Source of the DNA: Bdellovibrionota bacterium
Lineage (GTDB): Bacteria; Bdellovibrionota_C; UBA2361; CALJRW01
Length of the DNA stretch: 64,000 nt
NCBI GenBank assembly: GCA_041740355.1
Contig: JBGSMD010000030.1
Coordinates: 96,001 to 160,000, forward strand
Direction of reading: 5' to 3'
Under the pieces are notes generated by a model. The model ran no database searches. It was not told the DNA's origin and saw only the letters and a program-made list of their open reading frames with translations. Below are positions 48,000 through 57,295 of the stretch, one piece after another; position 1 is the first letter of the stretch; the number at the start of each line of letters is the position of its first letter. Made by a program: the position numbers and the translations under genes.

Positions 48000-49676
48000 A
48001 TGAAACTTAATAAGTATTCTTCACGTTTAACAGAAGTAAAATCGCAAGGCGCTTCCCAAGCAATGTTGCTGGGCACTGGATTAACATTAAGTGATCTGGA
48101 AAAAGCTCAAGTAGGTATTGCCTCAGTTTGGTATGAGGGAAATACCTGTAATATGCACTTAAATGATTTAGCTATCGAAGTTAAAAAAGGTGTTACGAAA
48201 GCAGATTTAGTGGGAATGCGTTTTAATACTATTGGAGTTAGTGACGGAATTTCGATGGGGACTGATGGAATGAGTTACTCATTACAGTCACGAGATTTAA
48301 TTGCTGATTCAATTGAAACTGTAATGTCAGCTCAGTGGTATGATGGCTTAATTACTATTCCAGGCTGCGATAAAAATATGCCCGGATGTATCATGGCCAT
48401 GGCTCGTTTAGATCGACCATCTATTATGGTTTATGGTGGAACGATTAAAGCTGGATGTACTAAAAAATACGATAAGCTTGATGTGGTTTCAGCTTTTCAA
48501 AGTTATGGTGAATTGTTAGCTGGAAAAATTGATGAAACCGAGCGGAATGATATCTTAAGATCTTCTTGTCCTGGGGCTGGAGCTTGTGGAGGGATGTACA
48601 CTGCAAACACGATGTCTAGTGCGATTGAGGCGATGGGCATGAGCTTACCCTATAGCTCGTCGACGCCGGCTGCTACAGAGCAAAAAATCCAAGAATGTAT
48701 TGCGGCAGGTATACAGATCAAAAAATTATTGGAATTAGATCTAAAACCTTCTCAAATTATGACTCGCCAAGCTTTTGAAAATGCCATGGTAGTAATTATG
48801 GCGACAGGCGGCTCTACAAATGCAGTCTTACATTTGATTGCAATGGCAAAGGCTATAGGTGTTAATTTAACAATTGATGATTTCCAAAAAGTTAGTGATC
48901 GCATCCCATTTATTGCCGACTTAAAACCAAGTGGAAAATATGTGATGGAAGATTTACATGCCGTGGGTGGAATTCCTGCTGTTATGAAATTGTTACTAGC
49001 CGAAGGATTAATTGATGGTAGTTGCTTAACTGTCACAGGTAAAACTATTGCCGAGAATTTAGCAGAGTTGCCCGGGTTATCGGAAGGACAAAAAATCATC
49101 ACTTCGATTCAGCAACCAATTCAATCTAAGGGGCACTTAAAAATCCTTAAAGGAAACTTAGCGCCGGAAGGATCTGTTGCTAAGATTACTGGCAAAGAAG
49201 GAGATTATTTTAAAGGTCCTGCAAAAGTCTACTACCAAGAAGAAGCAATGTTAAAAGCTTTGGAAGAAAAGAAAATCCAAAAAGGTGATGTAATTGTTAT
49301 TCGTTATGAAGGTCCGAAAGGTGGACCTGGTATGCCAGAGATGCTGACCCCAACTTCGGCAGTTATGGGAGCAGGGTTAGGTAATGATGTTGCCCTTATA
49401 ACCGACGGAAGATTCTCAGGTGGATCTCATGGATTCATCATCGGTCATATCTGTCCTGAAGCTCAAGAAGGCGGGCCAATTGCTCTAATTGAAGAAGGTG
49501 ATGTGATAACAATTGATGCTAGAAATTTAACGATCTCAGTTGATCTAGCAGATGAAATATTAGCCACGAGACGTGCTAAATGGCAAATGCCAGCATATTT
49601 AGCAACGAAAGGCACACTATTTAAATATATTAAAACAGTTAAGTCCTCTAGTCAGGGATGTGTCACTGACGAATAG
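48000..49676 (+). CDS. ilvD: Dihydroxy-acid dehydratase
   Basis: [35 protein letters not shown] and TDGRFSGG motifs. Confidence 0.98.
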   Translation: MKLNKYSSRLTEVKSQGASQAMLLGTGLTLSDLEKAQVGIASVWYEGNTCNMHLNDLAIEVKKGVTKADLVGMRFNTIGVSDGISMGTDGMSYSLQSRDLIADSIETVMSAQWYDGLITIPGCDKNMPGCIMAMARLDRPSIMVYGGTIKAGCTKKYDKLDVVSAFQSYGELLAGKIDETERNDILRSSCPGAGACGGMYTANTMSSAIEAMGMSLPYSSSTPAATEQKIQECIAAGIQIKKLLELDLKPSQIMTRQAFENAMVVIMATGGSTNAVLHLIAMAKAIGVNLTIDDFQKVSDRIPFIADLKPSGKYVMEDLHAVGGIPAVMKLLLAEGLIDGSCLTVTGKTIAENLAELPGLSEGQKIITSIQQPIQSKGHLKILKGNLAPEGSVAKITGKEGDYFKGPAKVYYQEEAMLKALEEKKIQKGDVIVIRYEGPKGGPGMPEMLTPTSAVMGAGLGNDVALITDGRFSGGSHGFIIGHICPEAQEGGPIALIEEGDVITIDARNLTISVDLADEILATRRAKWQMPAYLATKGTLFKYIKTVKSSSQGCVTDE

Positions 49677-49752
49677 ATAGAGAGTAAGGAAATTACTAGA
49701 TCTTATGTCTGATTGTTGGCAACTTAATGATTTTAAATAATACATCAGCAAT

Positions 49753-50301
49753 ATGAAACTTAGAATACTACTTAATCTTTTAATCCTTATGCTTGTTAAT
49801 CCCTTATATGCTGAAACGAAATTTTATGATTTATCAGCTAAGTTAGGAGACGGAACTATCAAGAGTTTATCTGACTACAAAGGTCAAGTTGTCTTGATAG
49901 TAAATACTGCATCAAATTGTGGATTTACTTCGCAGTATGAAGGGCTCCAAGAAATTTATTTGAAGTATAAAGATCAAGGCTTTGTAGTGTTAGGTTTTCC
50001 ATCGAATGATTTTGGAGGACAAGAACCAGGGTCAAATGAAGAAATTGCTCAATTTTGTCAGAGTAAATTCAATGTAACCTTCCCACTGTTTGAAAAAAGT
50101 GTTGTTAAAGGCGATGAGAAGACAGATTTGTTTACTTTCTTAACTGAGTACGCCAATCCTAATCTTGTTGGCGGAATTAAATGGAACTTTGAAAAGTTTT
50201 TAATTGGAAAGAATGGTCAACTAATTGAAAGATTTGGTTCAATGACTGGGCCTAATAGTTCAAAAATTATCAATTTGATTGAATCAGAATTAAAAAAATA
50301 A
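49753..50301 (+). CDS. Glutathione peroxidase family protein (Cys type) with signal peptide
   Basis: VNTASNCGFT, LGFPSNDFGGQEPG and KWNFEKFL motifs. Confidence 0.95.
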   Translation: MKLRILLNLLILMLVNPLYAETKFYDLSAKLGDGTIKSLSDYKGQVVLIVNTASNCGFTSQYEGLQEIYLKYKDQGFVVLGFPSNDFGGQEPGSNEEIAQFCQSKFNVTFPLFEKSVVKGDEKTDLFTFLTEYANPNLVGGIKWNFEKFLIGKNGQLIERFGSMTGPNSSKIINLIESELKK

Positions 50302-50488
50302 ACTTCCCCCACAACTTAGATCCTCAGCTAGCGATTAGTTTTCTAGCTAAAGCTATAATAGCCCGAACGAAATAAGTTATTTGGTCGGATTGCTAGTATT
50401 TCTAAGCACTTACCTCCTTTTGATTATAACTTTTATTGGAATAGAGATTTTTCTCAGGCAGAAATGCATGAATTTTGATTTAAAATAC

Positions 50489-50523
50489 TTGCAAAAAGAA
50501 ATGTGAAAAGTTAAGATTAGGAT
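50489..50523 (+). promoter_or_regulatory. Putative promoter giving a leaderless transcript of the AbiE-like operon
   Basis: TTGCAA-N17-TAAGAT; -10 ends 6 nt before ATG. Confidence 0.55.
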
Positions 50524-51108
50524 ATGAAAGTTAGTAGTGAGCAAAAATTATATGCAGCAATGAAAGAGGGCAGAGTTTATCGTCGTGAAGAGCTTTTAAA
50601 TTTTTCTAAGGCATTGGATCGTGATTTAGATAAGTTGGTGAGTGAGAGTTTTCTTCGCAAGCCTCATGCTGGTCTTTATTATCGACCAAAAAAATCAAAA
50701 TGGGGAGAGGTGCCTGCTGAAGATGGGGAATTAGTGCGCGCATTTTTAAAAACAACAGATTTTTTATTAACTTCTTCTAATGATTATAATCATCTTCCAC
50801 TTGGATTAACTCAGCTTAGTAATGTAGTGACAGTATATAATCGCAAACGTTTGGGACGCTTTAAGCTAGGCACAACAGTTTTCGATTTTCGTAAACCAGT
50901 GAATTATCCAAAGAAGTTAGATACCGAATATTTATATGTTGATTTGTTAAATAACTTAGAGGCCTTGCCGGAATATTCCGCTGAGTTAGATCTAAAAATA
51001 AAAACATCTTTGTTAGATCTTTCTGTACAAAAGTTACTCAAGTACGCCGAGTTATATGGGAAAAGAAGCACACAAAAAAAATTAAATTATCTTTTAGAGT
51101 ATGCCTAA
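50524..51108 (+). CDS. Putative AbiEi-like antitoxin / transcriptional regulator
   Basis: wHTH-like N-terminus (GRVYRREEL..GLYY.P), LGLTQL; overlaps the downstream AbiEii gene by 8 bp. Confidence 0.7.
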   Translation: MKVSSEQKLYAAMKEGRVYRREELLNFSKALDRDLDKLVSESFLRKPHAGLYYRPKKSKWGEVPAEDGELVRAFLKTTDFLLTSSNDYNHLPLGLTQLSNVVTVYNRKRLGRFKLGTTVFDFRKPVNYPKKLDTEYLYVDLLNNLEALPEYSAELDLKIKTSLLDLSVQKLLKYAELYGKRSTQKKLNYLLEYA

Positions 51109-52051
51109 GAAAAAGTTTCTACATGAGGATTCTAGTTTTAGGGAATTAATCAGTATCGTTGCTGAGCAAAAGGGAATGTTACCATTTCTAATCGAGAAAG
51201 ATTATTGGTTAATGCATTGCCTATGGGGACTGCAAGAAGCAAGCTTTAAATTTGAATTAAAAGGTGGGACTTCACTTTCCAAGGGCTTTAAGTTAATTGA
51301 TCGTTTTTCAGAAGATGTTGATATTAGAATAGAGCCTCCAGCAAGCTTGAAAGTAAAATGTGGGAAAAATCATAATAAGCCAGATCATCTTGAATCAAGA
51401 AGAGACTTTTTTAGTTGGATAGTAAGCACTTTAAAAATTCCTGGAATTATTTCGATAGTGAGAGATCTGGATTTTGATGATGATAAGCTCAGAAATGGTG
51501 GAATTAGGTTAAATTATCAAAGTTATTTTACGGAAGTTTCCGTTATTAAACCGTTTGTTTTATTAGAAGTAGGGTTTGATGAAATTACTCCTACTGAAGC
51601 ACATGATATTTCATCTTGGGCTTGTGAATATGCTTTTTCCCTTGATGATAAATTCGTTGATAACCGAGCAAGACAAATTAAATGTTATCTTCCTGAATAT
51701 ACATTGATTGAAAAGCTTGACGCCGTAATTCGTCGATTCCATAAGGAGCAAAAAACTGGAGTGATGCCTAAGAATTTTCTTCGCCATTATTACGATATCT
51801 ATTGTCTTTTACAGTCAGAGAGAGTTCGCCACTTTATTAAAAGTAACGACTATCAAAATATTAAGGCAACTCGAATGACTAGTGAGTTAGGATTCGATTT
51901 GTCTAGAGAAGAAGCATTCTTGCTAGGTAATCGGGATGCTCGTGAGCGATATAAAATGAGATTTAATCAAATTAAGGATTTTTTCTATAAAGAACCCCCA
52001 GAGTTTGAGGAGATTTTAACAGAAATCCAAAAATATTTACCTAAGCTCTAA
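51101..52051 (+). CDS. AbiEii/AbiGii family nucleotidyltransferase toxin (type IV TA)
   Basis: IEKDYW, KGGTSLSK, RFSEDVD, EK and RHYYDIY motifs. Confidence 0.92.
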   Translation: MPKKKFLHEDSSFRELISIVAEQKGMLPFLIEKDYWLMHCLWGLQEASFKFELKGGTSLSKGFKLIDRFSEDVDIRIEPPASLKVKCGKNHNKPDHLESRRDFFSWIVSTLKIPGIISIVRDLDFDDDKLRNGGIRLNYQSYFTEVSVIKPFVLLEVGFDEITPTEAHDISSWACEYAFSLDDKFVDNRARQIKCYLPEYTLIEKLDAVIRRFHKEQKTGVMPKNFLRHYYDIYCLLQSERVRHFIKSNDYQNIKATRMTSELGFDLSREEAFLLGNRDARERYKMRFNQIKDFFYKEPPEFEEILTEIQKYLPKL

Positions 52052-52097
52052 CCTAAGTGAACGATCTTATACCTTCCTGATCAATCAGGATTAAGCC

Positions 52098-53333
52098 CTA
52101 GGTGGCAGCTTGCCCAGCAATCCAACCTGTAGTCCAAGCGGACTGAAAATTAAAACCACCGGTAATCCCATCAATATCAAGCACTTCACCGGCAAAAAAT
52201 AATCCTGGAACAATTTTGCTTTCCATGCGAGTGAAATCAACTTCTTTTAAATGCACTCCTCCACAGGTAACAAACTCTTCTTTAAATTTACCTTTTCCAG
52301 CAATTGAAAATGTACCTTGGGTAAGTTCAGTGGCTAAATTTTGCAATTGTTGTTTGGTAAATTCAGCCCAAGTTTGTTTATCTTTCGTAATAATCTGATC
52401 GATTATTTTTGCCCAATAACGTTTGGGGATATTAAGAAAAGAATCAGAATGAGCTACTTGTCGTGGACTCTTTTCCTTATGATCAATTAGAATTTTTAGG
52501 ATTGATTCCCAGTTTTCTGAGGGAATAAAATTAATTTTTAATGTTGCAGAATAATCACTGATAAAAAGATCTTTGGCAGCTAAGGCAGAAAGTTTAATTG
52601 TTGCGGGACCACTAAAGCCCCAATGAGTGATTAAAACTGGACCTTGTTGCTTAAACTTGTTTCCACTTTTAGCCATTAGTTCTAACCTGATATCAGGAAA
52701 GCTTACACCCGCTAGTTCTAATAATTTTGGATCGTTAATTTCAAAACTAAAAAGAGAGGGAACGAGATCGGTGATTGTGTGACCAAGAGATCTCGCAAGT
52801 TCTAAACTACTTTTTGTTCCTCCAGTTGTTAGAATTATCTTATCCACAGTGATTACTTCTGCCCCATTTATTGTCATTTGAAATTGATTTTGATTGGTCC
52901 TAGTAATCTTAGTGATCTTTTGTTTTGTGCAAATATTTACTCCCAGATGTTTAGCTTTATTAATTAAACACTTAGCAATTGTTTCTGAGCTATCGGTAAT
53001 TGGAAACATACGTTTGTCTGGCTCTGTTTTTAATTCCACTCCATTCTTGGCAAACCAAGCAATGGTGTCCTTGGTGGCAAATTTAGAGAATGGGCCACGT
53101 AATTCCTTACTTCCTCTGGGATAATTCTTAATGAGATCACTAACTTCTGGAGTATTGTTAGTTACATTGCATCTTCCGCCACCAGAAATTAGTACTTTTG
53201 CTAGCAGTTTATTTGTTGCTTCATAAATGCTAACTTCTGCCTCTGGATTGTGTTCGGCAGAGCTTAGCGCACTAAAAAATCCAGCGGCACCTCCACCGAT
53301 TACAGCAATTTTTGTTTTATTAGATTCAGTCAT
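52098..53333 (-). CDS. HI0933/YhiN/BaiN family flavoprotein
   Basis: GGGAAG, KVLISGGGRCNVTN, THWGFSGP, VTCGGV and GEVLDIDGITGGFNFQ motifs. Confidence 0.93.
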   Translation of the reverse strand: MTESNKTKIAVIGGGAAGFFSALSSAEHNPEAEVSIYEATNKLLAKVLISGGGRCNVTNNTPEVSDLIKNYPRGSKELRGPFSKFATKDTIAWFAKNGVELKTEPDKRMFPITDSSETIAKCLINKAKHLGVNICTKQKITKITRTNQNQFQMTINGAEVITVDKIILTTGGTKSSLELARSLGHTITDLVPSLFSFEINDPKLLELAGVSFPDIRLELMAKSGNKFKQQGPVLITHWGFSGPATIKLSALAAKDLFISDYSATLKINFIPSENWESILKILIDHKEKSPRQVAHSDSFLNIPKRYWAKIIDQIITKDKQTWAEFTKQQLQNLATELTQGTFSIAGKGKFKEEFVTCGGVHLKEVDFTRMESKIVPGLFFAGEVLDIDGITGGFNFQSAWTTGWIAGQAAT

Positions 53334-53523
53334 AATAACTTTTGTAATTCTAGACTATTAATAGTTTTTTCAAAAGTCTTTGCGATTATTTCGCGACGAG
53401 CATAACACTATTGATGTTATTTTTGCGGCACAAAACTGGAATCCAGTATTTGTGCTCGCTGTAAATTCAGTATGATCCTGGCAAGGATTTCTGAAATTTA
53501 CTATAAGTTTTTTAAAAATAAGT

Positions 53524-55317
53524 ATGAGTACCTTGATCAGTTTGGATTCCGTATCCCACCTAATTGGCAATAAACAGCTTTTTACCGATTTGAAATTAGC
53601 CATTAACGATGATTCTCGTTTGGGGATTATTGGACCAAATGGTTCTGGTAAATCAACATTAATGAAGATTCTAGCAGAGGAAATTACACCAGATAGTGGT
53701 CGAGTAGTTCGTGGACGAAGTGTGAGAGTAGCTTATGTCCCACAGATGGATAATTTTGACATCAAAAAATCCGCGGAAGAAGTTATGGTTGAGGAGCTAA
53801 GTAAATCATTTACTGATTTAGAAGCTACAACTCGAGCAGGAAAATTTTTAGGAAAAGTTGGTTTTGAAGATTTTAATCAAAAAGTAGGGGATTTGTCAGG
53901 AGGTTGGCGTAAGCGATTAGCCTTAGCAGTTGCCTTAGCAAGTGAGCCAGAAGTTTTATTGCTAGATGAGCCAACTAACCATTTAGATTTGGCAGGACTT
54001 CTTTGGTTAGAGACTCTATTAAATAATGCTAACTTTGCTTGGGCACTTATTTCTCATGACAGATACTTCTTAGAGCAAACAGTTAAAGAAGTAATGGAAG
54101 TTGCTCCTTGTTATAAAAATGGGATTTTAAAACTTGGTGGATCGTATGAAGTATTTTTAGAAAAGCGAGCTGAATTTTTAGATCAAGAAGCTAAAGGAAT
54201 CGCTTCTCTTGCCAATAAAGTTCGTAATGAACAAGAGTGGGCTTCGCGCGCTCCCAAAGCTAGGGGAACAAAAGCAAATTATCGCATGAAAGAAACAGAT
54301 CGCCTTGATGCCGAACTGCGAGAGCGTAAATCAAGAGTTACTGGGGATACTGCTAAAGTTTCTTTTACTTCCAGTAATCGTCAGACTAAAGAATTAGTAG
54401 AGTTTATCAATGTATCTTTTGGATTTGGTGATTTGAAAATCCTTACTCAGGAAAGTTTCATTGTTAATAGCGGAGTTTGCCTGGGAGTCCTTGGGATTAA
54501 TGGACAAGGGAAGTCCACAGTCTTGAAATTAATCGGTGGAGCCTTGGAACCAGAAAGCGGTAAAGTTAAACGCGCCGGACATTTAAAGGTTGTTTACTTT
54601 GATCAGCTTCGTGGCTCACTTAGTAATGCTAAAACACTACGTGATGGTTTGGCTGATGGTTATGACCAAGTAGTCTATCAAGGGAAAAGTACTCATATCA
54701 TAAGTTGGGGTAAGAAATTTGGTTTTGATCCAGCGGATCATGATAAGCAAATAAAAAATCTTTCTGGTGGAGAACAAGCAAGACTTTTGCTCTCAATTCT
54801 AGTTAGACAAGAAGCAGACTTATTAATTCTTGATGAACCCACTAATGATCTTGATTTACCAATGTTAGAAACCTTGGAAGCAATTCTGATGGATTTTCCA
54901 GGCGCCGTAATTTTAGTAACGCACGATCGTTACATGCTAGATAAAGTATGCACTAATTACATTGGCTTTGACCAAGAACAGAAGTTGCTTAGCTTTGCTT
55001 CTTATTCTCAATGGCAAGAAAGTCGTGCTCGGGTTCAACATTCCAAGGAAGTGCGGGGATCAGGAAGTATTCCATCTATTCCTGTTACTAAAAAAATGTC
55101 TCCGGAAGATTTACGAGAATATGGACAGATGGAGAAAAAGATAATTAAAGCCGAACAAGAGCTAGCCTTAATCGAAGATCGAGCTGTTAAAGCGGCCAAT
55201 GCCAATGATCACCATTTAATGGTGCAGATGGCTAACGAACTTAAAGTTGCCCAAGAAAAAGTGGAAGGCTTGTATCAACGTTGGGATCAGTTAGAAACTT
55301 TAAGTGGAAAGCTCTAA
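53524..55317 (+). CDS. uup: ABC-F family ATPase (Uup-like)
   Basis: Two ABC domains (GPNGSGKST/LSGG/DEPTN and GINGQGKST/LSGGE/DEPTND), PKARGTK linker, coiled-coil C-terminus ending LYQRWDQLE. Confidence 0.85.
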   Translation: MSTLISLDSVSHLIGNKQLFTDLKLAINDDSRLGIIGPNGSGKSTLMKILAEEITPDSGRVVRGRSVRVAYVPQMDNFDIKKSAEEVMVEELSKSFTDLEATTRAGKFLGKVGFEDFNQKVGDLSGGWRKRLALAVALASEPEVLLLDEPTNHLDLAGLLWLETLLNNANFAWALISHDRYFLEQTVKEVMEVAPCYKNGILKLGGSYEVFLEKRAEFLDQEAKGIASLANKVRNEQEWASRAPKARGTKANYRMKETDRLDAELRERKSRVTGDTAKVSFTSSNRQTKELVEFINVSFGFGDLKILTQESFIVNSGVCLGVLGINGQGKSTVLKLIGGALEPESGKVKRAGHLKVVYFDQLRGSLSNAKTLRDGLADGYDQVVYQGKSTHIISWGKKFGFDPADHDKQIKNLSGGEQARLLLSILVRQEADLLILDEPTNDLDLPMLETLEAILMDFPGAVILVTHDRYMLDKVCTNYIGFDQEQKLLSFASYSQWQESRARVQHSKEVRGSGSIPSIPVTKKMSPEDLREYGQMEKKIIKAEQELALIEDRAVKAANANDHHLMVQMANELKVAQEKVEGLYQRWDQLETLSGKL

Positions 55318-55439
55318 TCAGTCAGCCTTTGGCGTATCTCGAAAGAAACGACTAGTTTAAAAACAGTATTTTTCAAGCTCGCCTAGCATATTACGCGGGC
55401 TAGCTATTCAAAAATTCTTGTTTAATGTAAGATTCTTTA

Positions 55440-57185
55440 ATGTTAATTGCCAGTTATCTCGCCTATTTTATTGGTCCATTTGTTTATCAGTTGTTCAGCA
55501 GGCTGAAACATGGATTACCAATCCTAGAGGGGTTTATCGTCCTAGCGATAACTGGACTGAGTGCTTCCCATGTTATGCAGTTTATTGGAGAGCATAATAT
55601 TTTTCTGATCGCTGGAATTTTATGCATTGGGCTCTACTTACCAAACATTTTTGAGGGGATTTTTTCCAAAGCCAAAACTGATATTCACAGTTTTTTACAT
55701 ATCCTTGTAGTTATTGCTTTTCTAGTTCATGTTTTTTTAGAAGCTTCAGTTCTTGGGCATAAAGATAATGCCAGTAATTTTAGTGCGTTAAATTCTGGTA
55801 TTTTAATTCACAGGGTTACTGATGGGATGTTAATCTGGTGGTTACTTCGTCCTAAATATGGCAATAAAATTGCCGGAATTGGTATTACGCTTTTGATTAT
55901 TGCCAATCTTGTGGGCTTTACTTATGCCGATAGTTTTCCTCTCGTATCAAAATTTAGAGATTACTTGGAAATCTTAATGGCTGGGATGTTGTTACATGTT
56001 CTGTTATTTAGTTTTCATCTAAATCCGCAGAACCATAGTCATGGTAAAAAATCATGTTGTAAGTCCGAGCATACTCATGAAAAGCCAAAAAAGAATTTTT
56101 ATCGAGGGATCGGATATCTTCTTGGATTAATATTCCTAGTTGGTTTTTTCTATTTTACGAATCATGATCACCATGGACATGATGCCAGTAATCAAGCAGC
56201 TTTTTTCCATAATTTGATAGAACTATTCTATTTAAGTGCTCCCGCTTTGTTAATTGCGTTTCTGCTTTCAGGAGTGATTCAGGTTTTTATTACACTTAAA
56301 ACTCTTAAGTGGTTTAATCGCGGTAATAAATATGTGCAAGCAATTAAGGGAATGGTCTTAGGATTGCCTTTGCCAATATGTAGCTGTGGAATTTTACCAT
56401 TCTATCAAACACTTACCAAAAAAGGCTTAGCACCTGCTGCTGGACTTGCATTTCTGATTGCCACTCCTGAATTAGGTTTGGATGCCTTACTTATTTCATT
56501 GCCTTTACTAGGTTTTGATTTAACAATTACCCGATTAATTGCCGCGATTTTTTTATCTTTGGGGATCTCATTAATTTTAAGTCCATTCTTAAAAACTAAG
56601 ATTACTACCATGGCATCCGTTGAAGAATTAGAAGGAAATTCGGATGAGCCTAAACTAAAACAGATTTGGCGATATGCTACAAAAAAAATTGTAGATGATA
56701 TTGCTCCTTTAGTTATGCTTGGAATTGCAGTAGCAGCTCTGTTCGAATTAGTTTTGGATCAATATAATCTGGCAGACTATCAAGGTTGGGATATCCTCCT
56801 AGCATCAATTGCCGGTGTATTTTTATATGTTTGCGCTAGCGGAGCTACCCCGGTTGTGGCAATCTTTATTGCCGGTGGAGTATCTCCAGGCGCAGCAATT
56901 AGTTTTTTAATGACAGGACCAGCTACTAACTTGAGCACTTTTGCGATGCTTTCTAAAATGCATGGTAAGAAATTTTCAATAGCCTTTGCAGTAGTCGCTA
57001 TTATCTTAGCGCTATTAGCTGGTTTTGTTACTAATTTGGTTTTTGAGTCGGCAGGATTATCTTTACAAGAAACCAATAGCCATCAGCATGCTCATTATGC
57101 TTGGTGGGAGCATTCTGCAGTAGCTATCGTTGGCGTGCTATTTTTATTGTCTTATTTGAGACGGATTGGTCTTCTAAAAAAATAA
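55440..57185 (+). CDS. His-rich permease (ArsP_1/DUF318 type), probable metal transporter
   Basis: PICSCG, AFLIATPE, YVCASGATP and GPATN motifs; His/Cys-rich loops. Confidence 0.85.
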   Translation: MLIASYLAYFIGPFVYQLFSRLKHGLPILEGFIVLAITGLSASHVMQFIGEHNIFLIAGILCIGLYLPNIFEGIFSKAKTDIHSFLHILVVIAFLVHVFLEASVLGHKDNASNFSALNSGILIHRVTDGMLIWWLLRPKYGNKIAGIGITLLIIANLVGFTYADSFPLVSKFRDYLEILMAGMLLHVLLFSFHLNPQNHSHGKKSCCKSEHTHEKPKKNFYRGIGYLLGLIFLVGFFYFTNHDHHGHDASNQAAFFHNLIELFYLSAPALLIAFLLSGVIQVFITLKTLKWFNRGNKYVQAIKGMVLGLPLPICSCGILPFYQTLTKKGLAPAAGLAFLIATPELGLDALLISLPLLGFDLTITRLIAAIFLSLGISLILSPFLKTKITTMASVEELEGNSDEPKLKQIWRYATKKIVDDIAPLVMLGIAVAALFELVLDQYNLADYQGWDILLASIAGVFLYVCASGATPVVAIFIAGGVSPGAAISFLMTGPATNLSTFAMLSKMHGKKFSIAFAVVAIILALLAGFVTNLVFESAGLSLQETNSHQHAHYAWWEHSAVAIVGVLFLLSYLRRIGLLKK

Positions 57186-57295
57186 AGCTCTCTTTTGCGA
57201 CTATAATTCTATCTTTCCAAGCTACCAACCCTGTTTTATAGTGGTCACTGTTGTGATTTAAACACGCGGTTTTCAATTTCAGAAAGGTTTTTACT

